IMG/VR virus record: IMGVR_UViG_3300017748_000002
Coordinates: 59,333 to 123,332 of that record
Strand: one strand, 5' to 3'
From: a virus
DNA: 64,000 nucleotides
Shown in pieces: positions 1-10,025 of this stretch (positions are counted from its first letter, which is position 1; each line of letters opens with the position of its first letter). The position numbers were made by a program, and so were the translations under genes. Below the pieces are notes generated by a model, which was not told the DNA's origin, did not search any database, and saw only the letters and a program-made list of their open reading frames with translations.

Positions 1-1149
1 ATTGTAAAGGACGTTCGTGTTTCAATGATGAAAGGCGAATGGAATCCTGAATGTGAACGTTGCCGCCAAGAAGAAGTGAATGGTATTAGATCAAGGAGAG
101 AATATGAATCAGAAGATTGGGACCTTACGCTTGAAGAGGCTATGGAAAAAACTAACGAGGACGGATCCATTGATCCTACTGATTTTGATATCGAGTTTTT
201 CGATATTCGTTACGGCAATTTCTGCAACCTTAAATGCCGTATGTGCGGGCCCACCGACAGTCACATGTGGTATTCAGATCATGTCGCCCTTTACAATACC
301 ACCAAGTATAAAGATACTCACGATCTCATCCAACTGACTAAGAATGAAAAAGGTAAATGGTCTACAGACCAGTATGACTGGTTTAAGAACTCAAACTTCT
401 ATTGGAATAACTTCGAGAAACATACTGGTAAAGCAAAGAAACTTTACATTGTAGGTGGTGAACCACTCATCATTGAAGAACACTTTGAATCACTTGAAAG
501 ATTGATTGCTGCGGGTAGAGCCAAAGACATTCAGATTGAATACAACAGTAACCTGACTAACGTTACTGACCGCATCATGAAGATATGGGAAGAGTTTAAA
601 CAGGTTCGTATTGGTGTTTCAATCGATGGTTATGCTGATGTGTTTGAATATCAAAGAACACCAGCTAAGTGGAAGTCTGTTTATAAAAACATGAAAAAAC
701 TAAACGACAATCCGAATATTAATTTAAAGGGTTGGTTTGCTTTTACAGTAACTCCGTTTAATGTATTTCATTTGCCTGAGTTTATGAAATGGAAACTTGA
801 AGAATCTGGACTCACACGGTATAATCCTATCACTGGTCCACGTCCTATTATTACTCAACATATGTGTCATTCACCAAAGTATTACAATGTGAAAGTTCTA
901 CCGCAAATGTTGAAGGATGAAGTCTGTGATACATACCAGGAGTACATTGATTGGGTAATGGATTCAAATCATTCTGATCATGTGAAAAAGAAATTTATTG
1001 AGATACTCGATGGTATTATGGATTTTATGAATTCCGAAGATTTTGCAACAGACCATTTGCAAGAGTTTATTGACCATACAAAGAAACTTGATTTGATACG
1101 TGGCCAGAATATTTTAGATGTAGTGCCACAATACGAGGGATTATTTTGA
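1..1149 (+). CDS. Radical SAM protein with N-terminal twitch-like Cys cluster (5' truncated by window edge)
   Basis: CNLKCRMC motif, GGEP, upstream CERC..EE..G..SRR; frame is open from base 1. Confidence 0.9.
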   Translation: MVKDVRVSMMKGEWNPECERCRQEEVNGIRSRREYESEDWDLTLEEAMEKTNEDGSIDPTDFDIEFFDIRYGNFCNLKCRMCGPTDSHMWYSDHVALYNTTKYKDTHDLIQLTKNEKGKWSTDQYDWFKNSNFYWNNFEKHTGKAKKLYIVGGEPLIIEEHFESLERLIAAGRAKDIQIEYNSNLTNVTDRIMKIWEEFKQVRIGVSIDGYADVFEYQRTPAKWKSVYKNMKKLNDNPNINLKGWFAFTVTPFNVFHLPEFMKWKLEESGLTRYNPITGPRPIITQHMCHSPKYYNVKVLPQMLKDEVCDTYQEYIDWVMDSNHSDHVKKKFIEILDGIMDFMNSEDFATDHLQEFIDHTKKLDLIRGQNILDVVPQYEGLF

Positions 1150-2096
1150 AACAGGTAGCACAAAGAATTAGTTGGAGAACACCTGAGACTCCGTTTGCCG
1201 TTCAATGGTACATGACACCAAGATGTAATTTTGATTGTGTCTACTGTATGCCATGGGATCCGGATAATAAGTGGTCATACTATCATGACGATAAATCTAA
1301 ACCACCAACATTTGATATAATGAAAACTTACGTAGATAAGATTATTGCTCATAGGGGAAATCATATTGAATGGGGTCTTGGCGGTGGCGAACCAACTGTT
1401 ATTAAAGATCTTCCAAAGCTAGTAAAATATATTCGAAAAACAGATCCGTATGACTTGACAATTTGTACAAATGGATCTTTACCAGAAAAGAAGCTTTTAA
1501 AATTATATGAAGATCTTGACGGTATGGTTATGTCATTACACATGGACTATGTTTCAAAGAATCCAGATGAATATATCGAGAAATTGATTGCTCTCGAAGA
1601 ACAACGTAGACCTGACCAAAGTTTGACAGCACGGTTTATTGTCAATCCTCTTCATATGGAATTGATCGATAATATGTACCAAGAACTCATGATGGCTAGT
1701 ATTAATAAGATCGATTTTCGAAATGTAAAGCTATTCAACGGTGAATCATTTTATAGTAATGAGCAAATTAAAGTGATGGAATCATGGTACGACGAGTATG
1801 GTAAACAGACATCTAATATCATTCAAACGTTTGAAGATGGATCTGAAAAAGAAGTTAATTATGAATTAATCACTTTGAATAATGAACATTCATACACTGG
1901 TTGGTCATGTATGGCTGGTATCGAACAATGCAATATTGATCCACTTGGAAGAGTCTCGGTTGGTAATTGTGCAGTTGGAGGATCTATTGGTAATTTAAAT
2001 GATAATGATTTTACTTTCCCAACTGCACCTGTGACATGTACTAAACAATGGTGTTTAGATTATTGCGATATTCGTACGACAAAATGGAAACCTTAA
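1146..2096 (+). CDS. Radical SAM protein with C-terminal twitch/SPASM-like domain
   Basis: CNFDCVYC, GGEPT, TNGS, C-terminal GWSC..G..C...C....C...C. Confidence 0.9.
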   Translation: MKQVAQRISWRTPETPFAVQWYMTPRCNFDCVYCMPWDPDNKWSYYHDDKSKPPTFDIMKTYVDKIIAHRGNHIEWGLGGGEPTVIKDLPKLVKYIRKTDPYDLTICTNGSLPEKKLLKLYEDLDGMVMSLHMDYVSKNPDEYIEKLIALEEQRRPDQSLTARFIVNPLHMELIDNMYQELMMASINKIDFRNVKLFNGESFYSNEQIKVMESWYDEYGKQTSNIIQTFEDGSEKEVNYELITLNNEHSYTGWSCMAGIEQCNIDPLGRVSVGNCAVGGSIGNLNDNDFTFPTAPVTCTKQWCLDYCDIRTTKWKP

Positions 2097-3283
2097 ACTA
2101 TTCTCAAACATTCTGTCCGATGCCTTTCAATCATTCTTATATCGGACCTGAGCAAATTAAAAAACCTTGCTCGCGATTTCTATTTCCGGAAATTGACCAT
2201 GACAACTATGATCAATTCATTAAAGAACTTCAACAGTACAAGTTAAAAGGTGAAAGACATCCGGGTTGCCGTAAGTGTTGGGAAGAAGAAGATGCTGGTC
2301 GAAAAAGATCACTAAGGCAAATTCATCTTGAAGTCGGTGGATTTAACTATCCATTAGTACACGATCTAGATCCTCATGATCCAAAAATTCGTTGGCTTGA
2401 ATTAGCATTTTCAAATCGTTGTAATATTCGCTGTCGTATGTGTGGTCCTTTCTACTCAACAAACTGGTTTAAAGATTGGGTAGCAGTAAATGAATATGCT
2501 TTTGGTGTACCGGGTGTAGGTAAAAAGAAAGAAGACATTGAAACATGGTTAGCAACAAATGGTAATAAACCACAAGGGTTTGACATATCGGAATTAGATG
2601 AGCATATCCCACATTTACGTATGGTAAAGATGACTGGTGGAGAGCCGTTCATCATTCCGGAATATCAACAAATTCTAGAACGTATTGATGAGATTGGTAA
2701 CGCCGAAGGTATGTGGTTGAACTATAGTACTAACCTTACAGTCCGTCCAAAGAAAAGACTCAAAGAACTCTGGCAAAAATACGAAAAGATAATGTTTGCT
2801 GCTTCGCTTGATGGAGTAGGGCATTTCCAAGAATACCAAAGATATCCGACTCAATGGTGTGACGTGAAACAAGTGATGGATGATCTAATGGAGATTCCTA
2901 ATTCTTGGGTTGGAGTCAGATCAACTATTACGATCTATAATGTTCTCAACATGTCAGGTATTGCTAACTGGTTTGCTGAGCAAGAAGATAAATATCATGG
3001 ATTCAGCGAAGACAGTTGGTTGAATTTTGTAGCTGTGTCTGAGCCAAATTTCTTATCAATCACCGTTTTACCAAAGTGGGCTAAAGATATGGTAGCTGAA
3101 AGATTATCATGGTCTGCACCATCAAGAAAAGTCCAAGATAATTTTGATCAAATAATCAATTATATGTACAACCAAGATAATTCACACCTTCTTCCAAAAT
3201 TCAAAGATTACACGAATAAATTAGATGCTGTTCGTAATGAAAGTTTTAAAGAAGTCAACCCTGAATTTGCGAGTCTAGTATGA
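2084..3283 (+). CDS. Radical SAM protein with N-terminal twitch-like Cys cluster
   Basis: CPMPF..PCS, CRKCWEEE, CNIRCRMC, GGEPF; ATG 2084 chosen over 2048. Confidence 0.9.
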   Translation: METLNYSQTFCPMPFNHSYIGPEQIKKPCSRFLFPEIDHDNYDQFIKELQQYKLKGERHPGCRKCWEEEDAGRKRSLRQIHLEVGGFNYPLVHDLDPHDPKIRWLELAFSNRCNIRCRMCGPFYSTNWFKDWVAVNEYAFGVPGVGKKKEDIETWLATNGNKPQGFDISELDEHIPHLRMVKMTGGEPFIIPEYQQILERIDEIGNAEGMWLNYSTNLTVRPKKRLKELWQKYEKIMFAASLDGVGHFQEYQRYPTQWCDVKQVMDDLMEIPNSWVGVRSTITIYNVLNMSGIANWFAEQEDKYHGFSEDSWLNFVAVSEPNFLSITVLPKWAKDMVAERLSWSAPSRKVQDNFDQIINYMYNQDNSHLLPKFKDYTNKLDAVRNESFKEVNPEFASLV

Positions 3284-4185
3284 AATACGAAGAGTTATCA
3301 TTTGACGATCTAGGAACTAAACGGCAAAGGCCGATGTTTTTAAGTACCTTTACTCAATTTCGTGCTAGCATGAATATGAGAACATACCCACATGATCCTC
3401 ATGCTTATACAAAACACTTCTTAAATGAAATTGATATGTGGATTCATGCTCATAAATGGGTTCAGTATAGAGGATTAGAACGCTTTCCAATACGTGAAGC
3501 CATACATGGAACGACTCATACACTTGATGAATTGCATTATCTACATAAAGGAAAGATTTGTGTGTTTGACGGTGAATACAGATATCACGAAAGATTGCTT
3601 GGTTGGAAATTAAAAAAGATAAAAGCTGCTGATGAAATTTCGTTTGGTGATGTTCTTGTAGTATCATATCCATCGTGTATTACTACAAATTATCTTCCAG
3701 ATTTTGATGAAGTTCTTGATCATTGCTATAAAATAAATGTGCCAGTTCATATTGATGGAGCTTGGTTTGGTCAGTGTCGAAACTTTTATTTTAATGCTAG
3801 CCATCCAGCAATTCAATCAGTGTCTGTATCTTTATCGAAAGCTCTTGGTATGGGATCAAATAGAATTGGTATTCGTTACAGCCGAGAAAAAGTCGCAGGT
3901 CCTATTTCTATTATGAATGACTATAATTATTGTAATGTGTCTGATATGTGGATCGGTGTTGAAATGATGAAATACTATGGTCCTGATTTTTGGTGGAAAA
4001 ATTATACACCGTTGTATCAAAAAGTGTGTAAAGACTTTGGTTTAGAAGAATGCCACTCAATTCATCTTGGCAAAGGTGATACATATTATGGAATACGTAC
4101 ACCACTTCGATTGTTAATTGAAGGTAAGTACGATGAGCGTGGAACTGATAGAGGATTAAATGACATCGAAAGAAACGAAAAATAG
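3280..4185 (+). CDS. PLP-dependent fold-type I enzyme-like protein
   Basis: HIDGAW and SVSLSKALG..RIG resemble the PLP-binding Asp and Schiff-base Lys motifs. Confidence 0.6.
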   Translation: MKYEELSFDDLGTKRQRPMFLSTFTQFRASMNMRTYPHDPHAYTKHFLNEIDMWIHAHKWVQYRGLERFPIREAIHGTTHTLDELHYLHKGKICVFDGEYRYHERLLGWKLKKIKAADEISFGDVLVVSYPSCITTNYLPDFDEVLDHCYKINVPVHIDGAWFGQCRNFYFNASHPAIQSVSVSLSKALGMGSNRIGIRYSREKVAGPISIMNDYNYCNVSDMWIGVEMMKYYGPDFWWKNYTPLYQKVCKDFGLEECHSIHLGKGDTYYGIRTPLRLLIEGKYDERGTDRGLNDIERNEK

Positions 4186-4702
4186 AATCATTGATAATCC
4201 ATTTGACATGGATACAATTGACATGATTCTTGAAAATACTCAAGATGAGCGTAGATACCTCGGTAAAGAAAAAAAGAACTGGGTACGAAGATTACCTGAA
4301 GCTGCTCAAGAATATATGAATAGACAGATGGATTGTTTCCAAGGTCGGTGGGTCTTTGAATACTTTCATTCTGATGTCAATGTTTTATATCATACCGACA
4401 CTATCCCTGGTAATGATGGTGATCTTGGTTGTATTGTTCCGATTGATTGGAGTGGTCATCAACCAGCAACTCTTATGTACAAATGGTGGTCAGATCGAAG
4501 AGTAATATATGCTGGGTCAAATCAAGTTCGATATGAAGACACTGGTGAATTAGAATACTTACATTTAGGTTATCATTCAGTTGATATGATTTTTGAATGG
4601 GATAGAGAGAAAGCGCTTATATTCGATTGTAAGCAATTACATTCAGCTCGAAAGTTTAATCAAAGCGCTTGGAAGGATTTTTTAATTGGATTCGTTGTCT
4701 AA
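4160..4702 (+). CDS. 2OG-Fe(II) oxygenase-like protein
   Basis: HTD plus distal LIFD...LHSA, consistent with an HxD...H triad. Confidence 0.45.
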   Translation: MTSKETKNRIIDNPFDMDTIDMILENTQDERRYLGKEKKNWVRRLPEAAQEYMNRQMDCFQGRWVFEYFHSDVNVLYHTDTIPGNDGDLGCIVPIDWSGHQPATLMYKWWSDRRVIYAGSNQVRYEDTGELEYLHLGYHSVDMIFEWDREKALIFDCKQLHSARKFNQSAWKDFLIGFVV

Positions 4703-5873
4703 GACAGTATGTATGCTTCCATGGGAATCTTTTACTGTGACGATGAAGAATACGATTCGTCCTTGTTGTAGATTTCCTACTCAAGAAGCAGTAGGTATGC
4801 AAGATTATGAGAATGCTTTTCGTCAATTACGAGAAGACATGTTAGCTGGAAAACAAGATCCACGTTGTTCAAAGTGTTTTGAAGAAGAGGCAAGCGGTAA
4901 TCCAAGTATGCGTACCGCTGCTAATGAGTTTCACGGTTTTGATTTTAAGAAAGAGCATCTTACTTCAGACTTTCGTAAACTAACTCATATTGAATTAAGC
5001 CTAGACAATACTTGTAATCTACAATGCCGAATGTGTTCTAGTCAATTCTCGTCTAAGCTTCTGAAAAGAGATCAATGGTTAGTCAACAGCCATGAGCATC
5101 TCGATTTTCACGTGGCTAAAGTTCAAAAGTCAAGATACGAAACGTTGAAAGATCTCAAGGTTGATTGGTCTGAGCTTCGTAGTGTAAAACTACTTGGTGG
5201 TGAACCATTTCTTTCTCCCAACTTTCTAGACTTCTTGTATTTTCTTGATATGAGAACGGATATCTCAAATGTTCAACTCGAGATCGTAACCAATTGTACT
5301 ACTCAATTGACTGAAGAAATAGTCGAGATTCTCAATCAATTTAAGTTTATTCGATTGTCTGGTAGCTTTGATGGATTACCAAAACATAGCGCATATCAAA
5401 GAGTCGGATCTATTTGGCATAGAGGTCTAGATAATTTTATTGAATACGGTGAACTACTTACCAATTGTAGATCTACTATACACCAAACATTTACTGTTCT
5501 TAATGTAAGTCATTTAGATGAGGCACTCTCTTTATATAAACCTCATTGCGATACTCAATCTTGGTCATATGACGATTATCAATTCTCTTTCTTACACGCT
5601 CCCGATTGGTTTGAAGACTGGGTATTGTCAAGAAATAATAATCAGAAGCTTCGTAATATTTTTAAGAAACGTAAGTATGATCATATTAAATGGCATAGAT
5701 TACTTCACACCATACAAGTATTTGATGATTATCATGGAACAAGTCTGAAAGAAGCGAACCCGGAATTAGCTGAAGCGTTGCGTATAAATACCAAACGATA
5801 TGTGGATGCACACATACGACCTGAAACTCGTGATTGTTATTACTGTGATTTAGTAGATGAAAAAATATTATAA
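4686..5873 (+). CDS. Radical SAM protein with N-terminal twitch-like Cys cluster
   Basis: CMLPW, RPCC, CSKCFEEE, CNLQCRMC, GGEPF. Confidence 0.9.
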   Translation: MDSLSKTVCMLPWESFTVTMKNTIRPCCRFPTQEAVGMQDYENAFRQLREDMLAGKQDPRCSKCFEEEASGNPSMRTAANEFHGFDFKKEHLTSDFRKLTHIELSLDNTCNLQCRMCSSQFSSKLLKRDQWLVNSHEHLDFHVAKVQKSRYETLKDLKVDWSELRSVKLLGGEPFLSPNFLDFLYFLDMRTDISNVQLEIVTNCTTQLTEEIVEILNQFKFIRLSGSFDGLPKHSAYQRVGSIWHRGLDNFIEYGELLTNCRSTIHQTFTVLNVSHLDEALSLYKPHCDTQSWSYDDYQFSFLHAPDWFEDWVLSRNNNQKLRNIFKKRKYDHIKWHRLLHTIQVFDDYHGTSLKEANPELAEALRINTKRYVDAHIRPETRDCYYCDLVDEKIL

Positions 5874-6525
5874 TATTAGAGTTCTGAACGATCTTCTACA
5901 AAAGAAATTAGAACATCGCTGGAATAAAGATGATGAATTTTATTGGGGTGGCAAGGCTGGTCAAAAGCTATCTTATCATATAGATTTACTTTCTTTCCAT
6001 TATATGTATCTTTATGATTTTGATTTTGGTTCGTATGTAGATGTTGGAGCTTTGCAATGCAGTGAAACATTTTTTGAATTGTTTGATGAATGTCACTTAT
6101 TCGAACCAAATCCACTTTATAGCAAAGAACTTAGAAAATGTGATAATGTAAATCTTTACGAAATGGCTCTTACAGACAAAAAAAGTAAAGCAACACTATA
6201 TATCGGAGACGGAACATCTACGTTAAATGGTAAATATGTTGAAGACAATGAAGATTTTTTTAAGCATGAAATAGTAGTAACTACTAATATTTTAGATAAC
6301 TACGATTTTAAAGTAGATTTTCTTAAAATAGATACTGATGGTAGTGACGCAGATGTTATTACAGGTGGTGAAAAAATAATAGCAAAAGAAAAACCACTTA
6401 TCTTTATTGAGCATTTTATGAATAAAGATTCAGTAGAACGTGAATGTCTATTTGATAATGGATTTGTTGAAATATCTGGACAAACAAAAAGTAATAAATT
6501 TTATGTACACAGTGAACGACTATGA
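5857..6525 (+). CDS. FkbM-family SAM-dependent methyltransferase
   Basis: VDVGA, FEPNP, DFLKIDTDG, KPLIFIE. Confidence 0.8.
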   Translation: MKKYYNIRVLNDLLQKKLEHRWNKDDEFYWGGKAGQKLSYHIDLLSFHYMYLYDFDFGSYVDVGALQCSETFFELFDECHLFEPNPLYSKELRKCDNVNLYEMALTDKKSKATLYIGDGTSTLNGKYVEDNEDFFKHEIVVTTNILDNYDFKVDFLKIDTDGSDADVITGGEKIIAKEKPLIFIEHFMNKDSVERECLFDNGFVEISGQTKSNKFYVHSERL

Positions 6526-7703
6526 AATGTAAACTTGCTTGGAGCCATTTAGATTTTAAACCCGGTGGTTATGCCCCGTGTTATAGATTCAAACTACATA
6601 ATGGACATCAATTTGGTAGTGTACCAGAAATGCCTGATGTTAATTCATCAGAGTGGAAACGTGTACGCGAACAATTGATGAATGATGAATGGCCAGCCGA
6701 ATGTATAGATTGTAGGATCCAAGAAGAAAATGGAATCAAATCGTACAGACAAAGATCCGAAGATCTACTGGTTTCAGAACCAGATTATAATAACACGGAA
6801 GTCGTCGTCCGAGACCTCCAGCTCAAACTCAACAGAGCATGCAACTATTCATGCCGGCATTGCACGGTTGCTTCTAACTCTAACTTTATTAAAGTCGGAA
6901 AGAAAAACCCGAAAGTAGGGCAGAAGCTTTGGGATGATCACCACTTCGATCACGTGATCGAAAGACACGATCATCAGATTGATATTCCAACACCTGAAGT
7001 TATTGACCATCTCTTTGAAAATGTATTACCAACAGTAGAACGCATTGAATTCTCTGGTGGTGAGCCGTTCTTTCATGTTGAGATGTATCGGTTTCTTGAA
7101 AGAATGATTGCAGATCCAAAGATTGATACGAGCAAAATCACTCTTGTTTACAATACAAACATGTCAATTACTAAATTTAAGAATTATGACATTGTTAAAT
7201 TATGGGAACACTTCAACCGAGCTGATATTACTGTCAGTATGGACGGAACCGGAGATCTATTTAATTACTTTAGACAAGGCGGTGACTATGAAACTGTCAT
7301 AGAAAATATTCATGATATGTTGAATAGAACAGACAAAGTTGAAAAGCTTCTTTTAGTTTGTACTACCACAGCTTATCATGCTTTTTATATGAATGAAATT
7401 AGTAATGATTTATTTCATCTCAAAGAAGATTTAGAAAGACACTATGGAGTTGAAGTCAAGTATAGAACCACTTTTGTACATTGGCCTGAAGGACTTGATA
7501 TTGTGAACTTAGCAGAAGACACAAAGAAAGAGATTCTACAAAACTTATCTTATAACGATTTTACTCGTGAATTTGAAATGAGACTTCAAGGCAAGAGAAC
7601 AATTCCAGAAGAAACATTCAAAGAAATTGTCAAACTACAAGATCAACTTTATAATAGGGATGCGAGTGAATTAGCTCCAAAGATTTTCGATTATGTCTAC
7701 TAA
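6522..7703 (+). CDS. Radical SAM protein with N-terminal twitch-like Cys cluster
   Basis: CKLAW, APCY, CIDC..QEE, CNYSCRHC, GGEPF. Confidence 0.9.
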   Translation: MKCKLAWSHLDFKPGGYAPCYRFKLHNGHQFGSVPEMPDVNSSEWKRVREQLMNDEWPAECIDCRIQEENGIKSYRQRSEDLLVSEPDYNNTEVVVRDLQLKLNRACNYSCRHCTVASNSNFIKVGKKNPKVGQKLWDDHHFDHVIERHDHQIDIPTPEVIDHLFENVLPTVERIEFSGGEPFFHVEMYRFLERMIADPKIDTSKITLVYNTNMSITKFKNYDIVKLWEHFNRADITVSMDGTGDLFNYFRQGGDYETVIENIHDMLNRTDKVEKLLLVCTTTAYHAFYMNEISNDLFHLKEDLERHYGVEVKYRTTFVHWPEGLDIVNLAEDTKKEILQNLSYNDFTREFEMRLQGKRTIPEETFKEIVKLQDQLYNRDASELAPKIFDYVY

Positions 7704-8568
7704 AAAATTACTTATTGCAGTAGGTGATAGTTTTACTGATCCAAAATTATATTCGTTCATTCCTAAGGTCTGGCCAGAATATGTTGCAGAATTGGCAGAC
7801 TGGGATCACATTAATCTAGGGAAAGGTGGAGCGTCTAATTATTACATTTTCAATAAAGCAATTGACGCAATTGAAAAGTACAGTGATAGAGATATTGTAG
7901 TCATTGCTAACTGGTCTGACGTTTTACGCATTAATTTGTTTGATGTTACAAGCGGAATGTTGGAAGGCGAAGAAGAGCTCATTCAAAGATTTGAATCGAA
8001 AGTAAAAGATAAAGGTGTTAACGTTACAGATATGCGAAAATATCTTAGTCGAACTCTACAACTTACTAGTACAATATCTCAATCTATTGATGAGTCAAGA
8101 GAAAGAGATACCACTTTATCTGATATCTACTTTAAAGTAGTAGATTATACACTACGAACTATGTATCTTCTAGAAGAATATTGTGCTTTAAGAGGAATAG
8201 AATTTTATCATTTTTCTAGTATAACTCCGCTGCCAGATGAGACTTTTATTGGAGCAATGACGTCACATCCAAAACATACTTATGAGTTTGAGTCTGAAAT
8301 TAAAGAAATAGAAAAAGGATCTACAAGAATTAAGAATGAAAGTGTATGGTATAATAAACTATTGGAAAGCAAAAAATATATTGGCTTTTCTTGGGATGCT
8401 CACCACTATGTTAAACAACAAGATTTAATGGTGAGTAAAAACGATCATCACCCTAATGCTAAAGGTCATGAGCATTTAGGAAATATCATACACAATTTTG
8501 TTATTTCTAGAGAAGTAGAACCATTAAACGTGAAAAAATTTGAGAGGCCTATATATGTCTATGATTAA
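7693..8568 (+). CDS. SGNH/GDSL hydrolase-like protein
   Basis: GDSFT, NLGKGGASN, DHHPNAKGH. Confidence 0.75.
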   Translation: MSTKKLLIAVGDSFTDPKLYSFIPKVWPEYVAELADWDHINLGKGGASNYYIFNKAIDAIEKYSDRDIVVIANWSDVLRINLFDVTSGMLEGEEELIQRFESKVKDKGVNVTDMRKYLSRTLQLTSTISQSIDESRERDTTLSDIYFKVVDYTLRTMYLLEEYCALRGIEFYHFSSITPLPDETFIGAMTSHPKHTYEFESEIKEIEKGSTRIKNESVWYNKLLESKKYIGFSWDAHHYVKQQDLMVSKNDHHPNAKGHEHLGNIIHNFVISREVEPLNVKKFERPIYVYD

Positions 8569-9286
8569 GATTCCAGTACAAACAGAAAATGTAATAATAA
8601 GATTGTCAGGTGGAGCCGATAGCGCTTTACTCTTATGGATGATTTGCGATGAGTGGACTAAGGTAAAAAAGCCTTTGACTGTTTGGCCAATTACGGTAGT
8701 TCATGGTGTACGTAATTGGCAAAATTATCACGCTCAACAAGTCTATGACTGGATGCAAGATCACTGGAAATATGCTAACGTAAGGTTTGCTCCTATACAA
8801 TCAATGATGTGCTTAGATCCGGGTGGTAAACCAAATAGTAAGAATGCGAACAATTATGTCGATTACCAAGAAAATCTAATTGATGATACGGTAAAACAAA
8901 TTGGCGAATATACTCAAGTTTTTAATGGTGTAACTGCGAATCCACCTGAAGAGATTGGCCAAAAACACTGGGGATCATCGGACGTGTTCGGTGAAGAAGT
9001 TTGGGAATGCCGAGAAAAACATCGTGATTGGACATGCAGAGAATCAAAACCTCAAGTTGATGACGATGAAGCTAGAAATATATTACACTGCTGTCCTTTT
9101 GTCCAACACCACAAAGGTCATATTGCAGAGCTATACTGGAGACATGACTTAACTAATACCTTGCTTCCATTGACTCGGTCGTGTGAAGGATGGGATTATA
9201 TGACAAAAGGTTTCTCAGAAGAGTGTGGAGAATGCTGGTGGTGTATGGAAAGAGACTGGGCATTTAATAAGCATGGAGAAAAATAA
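8561..9286 (+). CDS. QueC-like PP-loop ATPase
   Basis: LSGGADS PP-loop; TRSC...CGECWWCMER zinc motif. Confidence 0.7.
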   Translation: MIKIPVQTENVIIRLSGGADSALLLWMICDEWTKVKKPLTVWPITVVHGVRNWQNYHAQQVYDWMQDHWKYANVRFAPIQSMMCLDPGGKPNSKNANNYVDYQENLIDDTVKQIGEYTQVFNGVTANPPEEIGQKHWGSSDVFGEEVWECREKHRDWTCRESKPQVDDDEARNILHCCPFVQHHKGHIAELYWRHDLTNTLLPLTRSCEGWDYMTKGFSEECGECWWCMERDWAFNKHGEK

Positions 9287-10025
9287 GACAGTTATATTTC
9301 AGTTCGAGTTTGATCATAAAAAAGAAAATCCTCGAGTTCCTGATATTAGGTTAAAGATAGAGACTCAGTTTGTAATTGACACGTGTATTGAATCTGTGAG
9401 AGATTACGCAGACAAACATGGTTATGACTATTGTTTAATTACAGATCCTCATCCGAACTCACCAGATGATAAGCCATACTATGACAGAGACTTTACTTCT
9501 GAATGGTTATATTGGTTAGGAGATCTTTCAGAAAAATACGATGATATTATTGTAGTTGATACTGACGTATATGTTGTTAATGACGAACATCCATTTCCAC
9601 TAGACAATACTGGATATTTTTGTTATGCGCTTAACATGAGCGCAGATAATCATTTCTTGAATGGAAAAAGTCTTAAAAAAATACAAGAATCTCTTGGGCA
9701 ATCTAAAATAATGTTTACTAATTCCGGAGTAGTAAAGTTAGATAAAAAGACTGCTAAAAAAATAAATGATTGGTTTATTTCAAATAGAGACGACAACTAC
9801 GAAATGGTAACATCGCATGAAATACACTATAGTGATCAGGTTCATATTTTAAAATATTTAATTGAGAATCCAGAAGATTTTAATCCAACGATGCCAAGAC
9901 CGTTCAATTACATTCCAGACACAGAGATAAAGAAAGATCCTGAAGCTTATTTTTATCATTTAACAGATCCACAAGATACACCATTGTATGAAATGCTATG
10001 TACAGTATTAAAAAAGTACACCTAG
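9273..10025 (+). CDS. GT-A glycosyltransferase-like protein
   Basis: YADKHGYDY, VDTDV (DxD), NSGVV, DQ, FYH. Confidence 0.65.
   Translation: MEKNKTVIFQFEFDHKKENPRVPDIRLKIETQFVIDTCIESVRDYADKHGYDYCLITDPHPNSPDDKPYYDRDFTSEWLYWLGDLSEKYDDIIVVDTDVYVVNDEHPFPLDNTGYFCYALNMSADNHFLNGKSLKKIQESLGQSKIMFTNSGVVKLDKKTAKKINDWFISNRDDNYEMVTSHEIHYSDQVHILKYLIENPEDFNPTMPRPFNYIPDTEIKKDPEAYFYHLTDPQDTPLYEMLCTVLKKYT

Noticed and set aside
8561-9286. 7-deazaguanine DNA modification pathway
   Set aside because: Only a QueC-like gene is visible; there is no FolE, QueD or DpdA in the window, and a cytosine-modification locus is present
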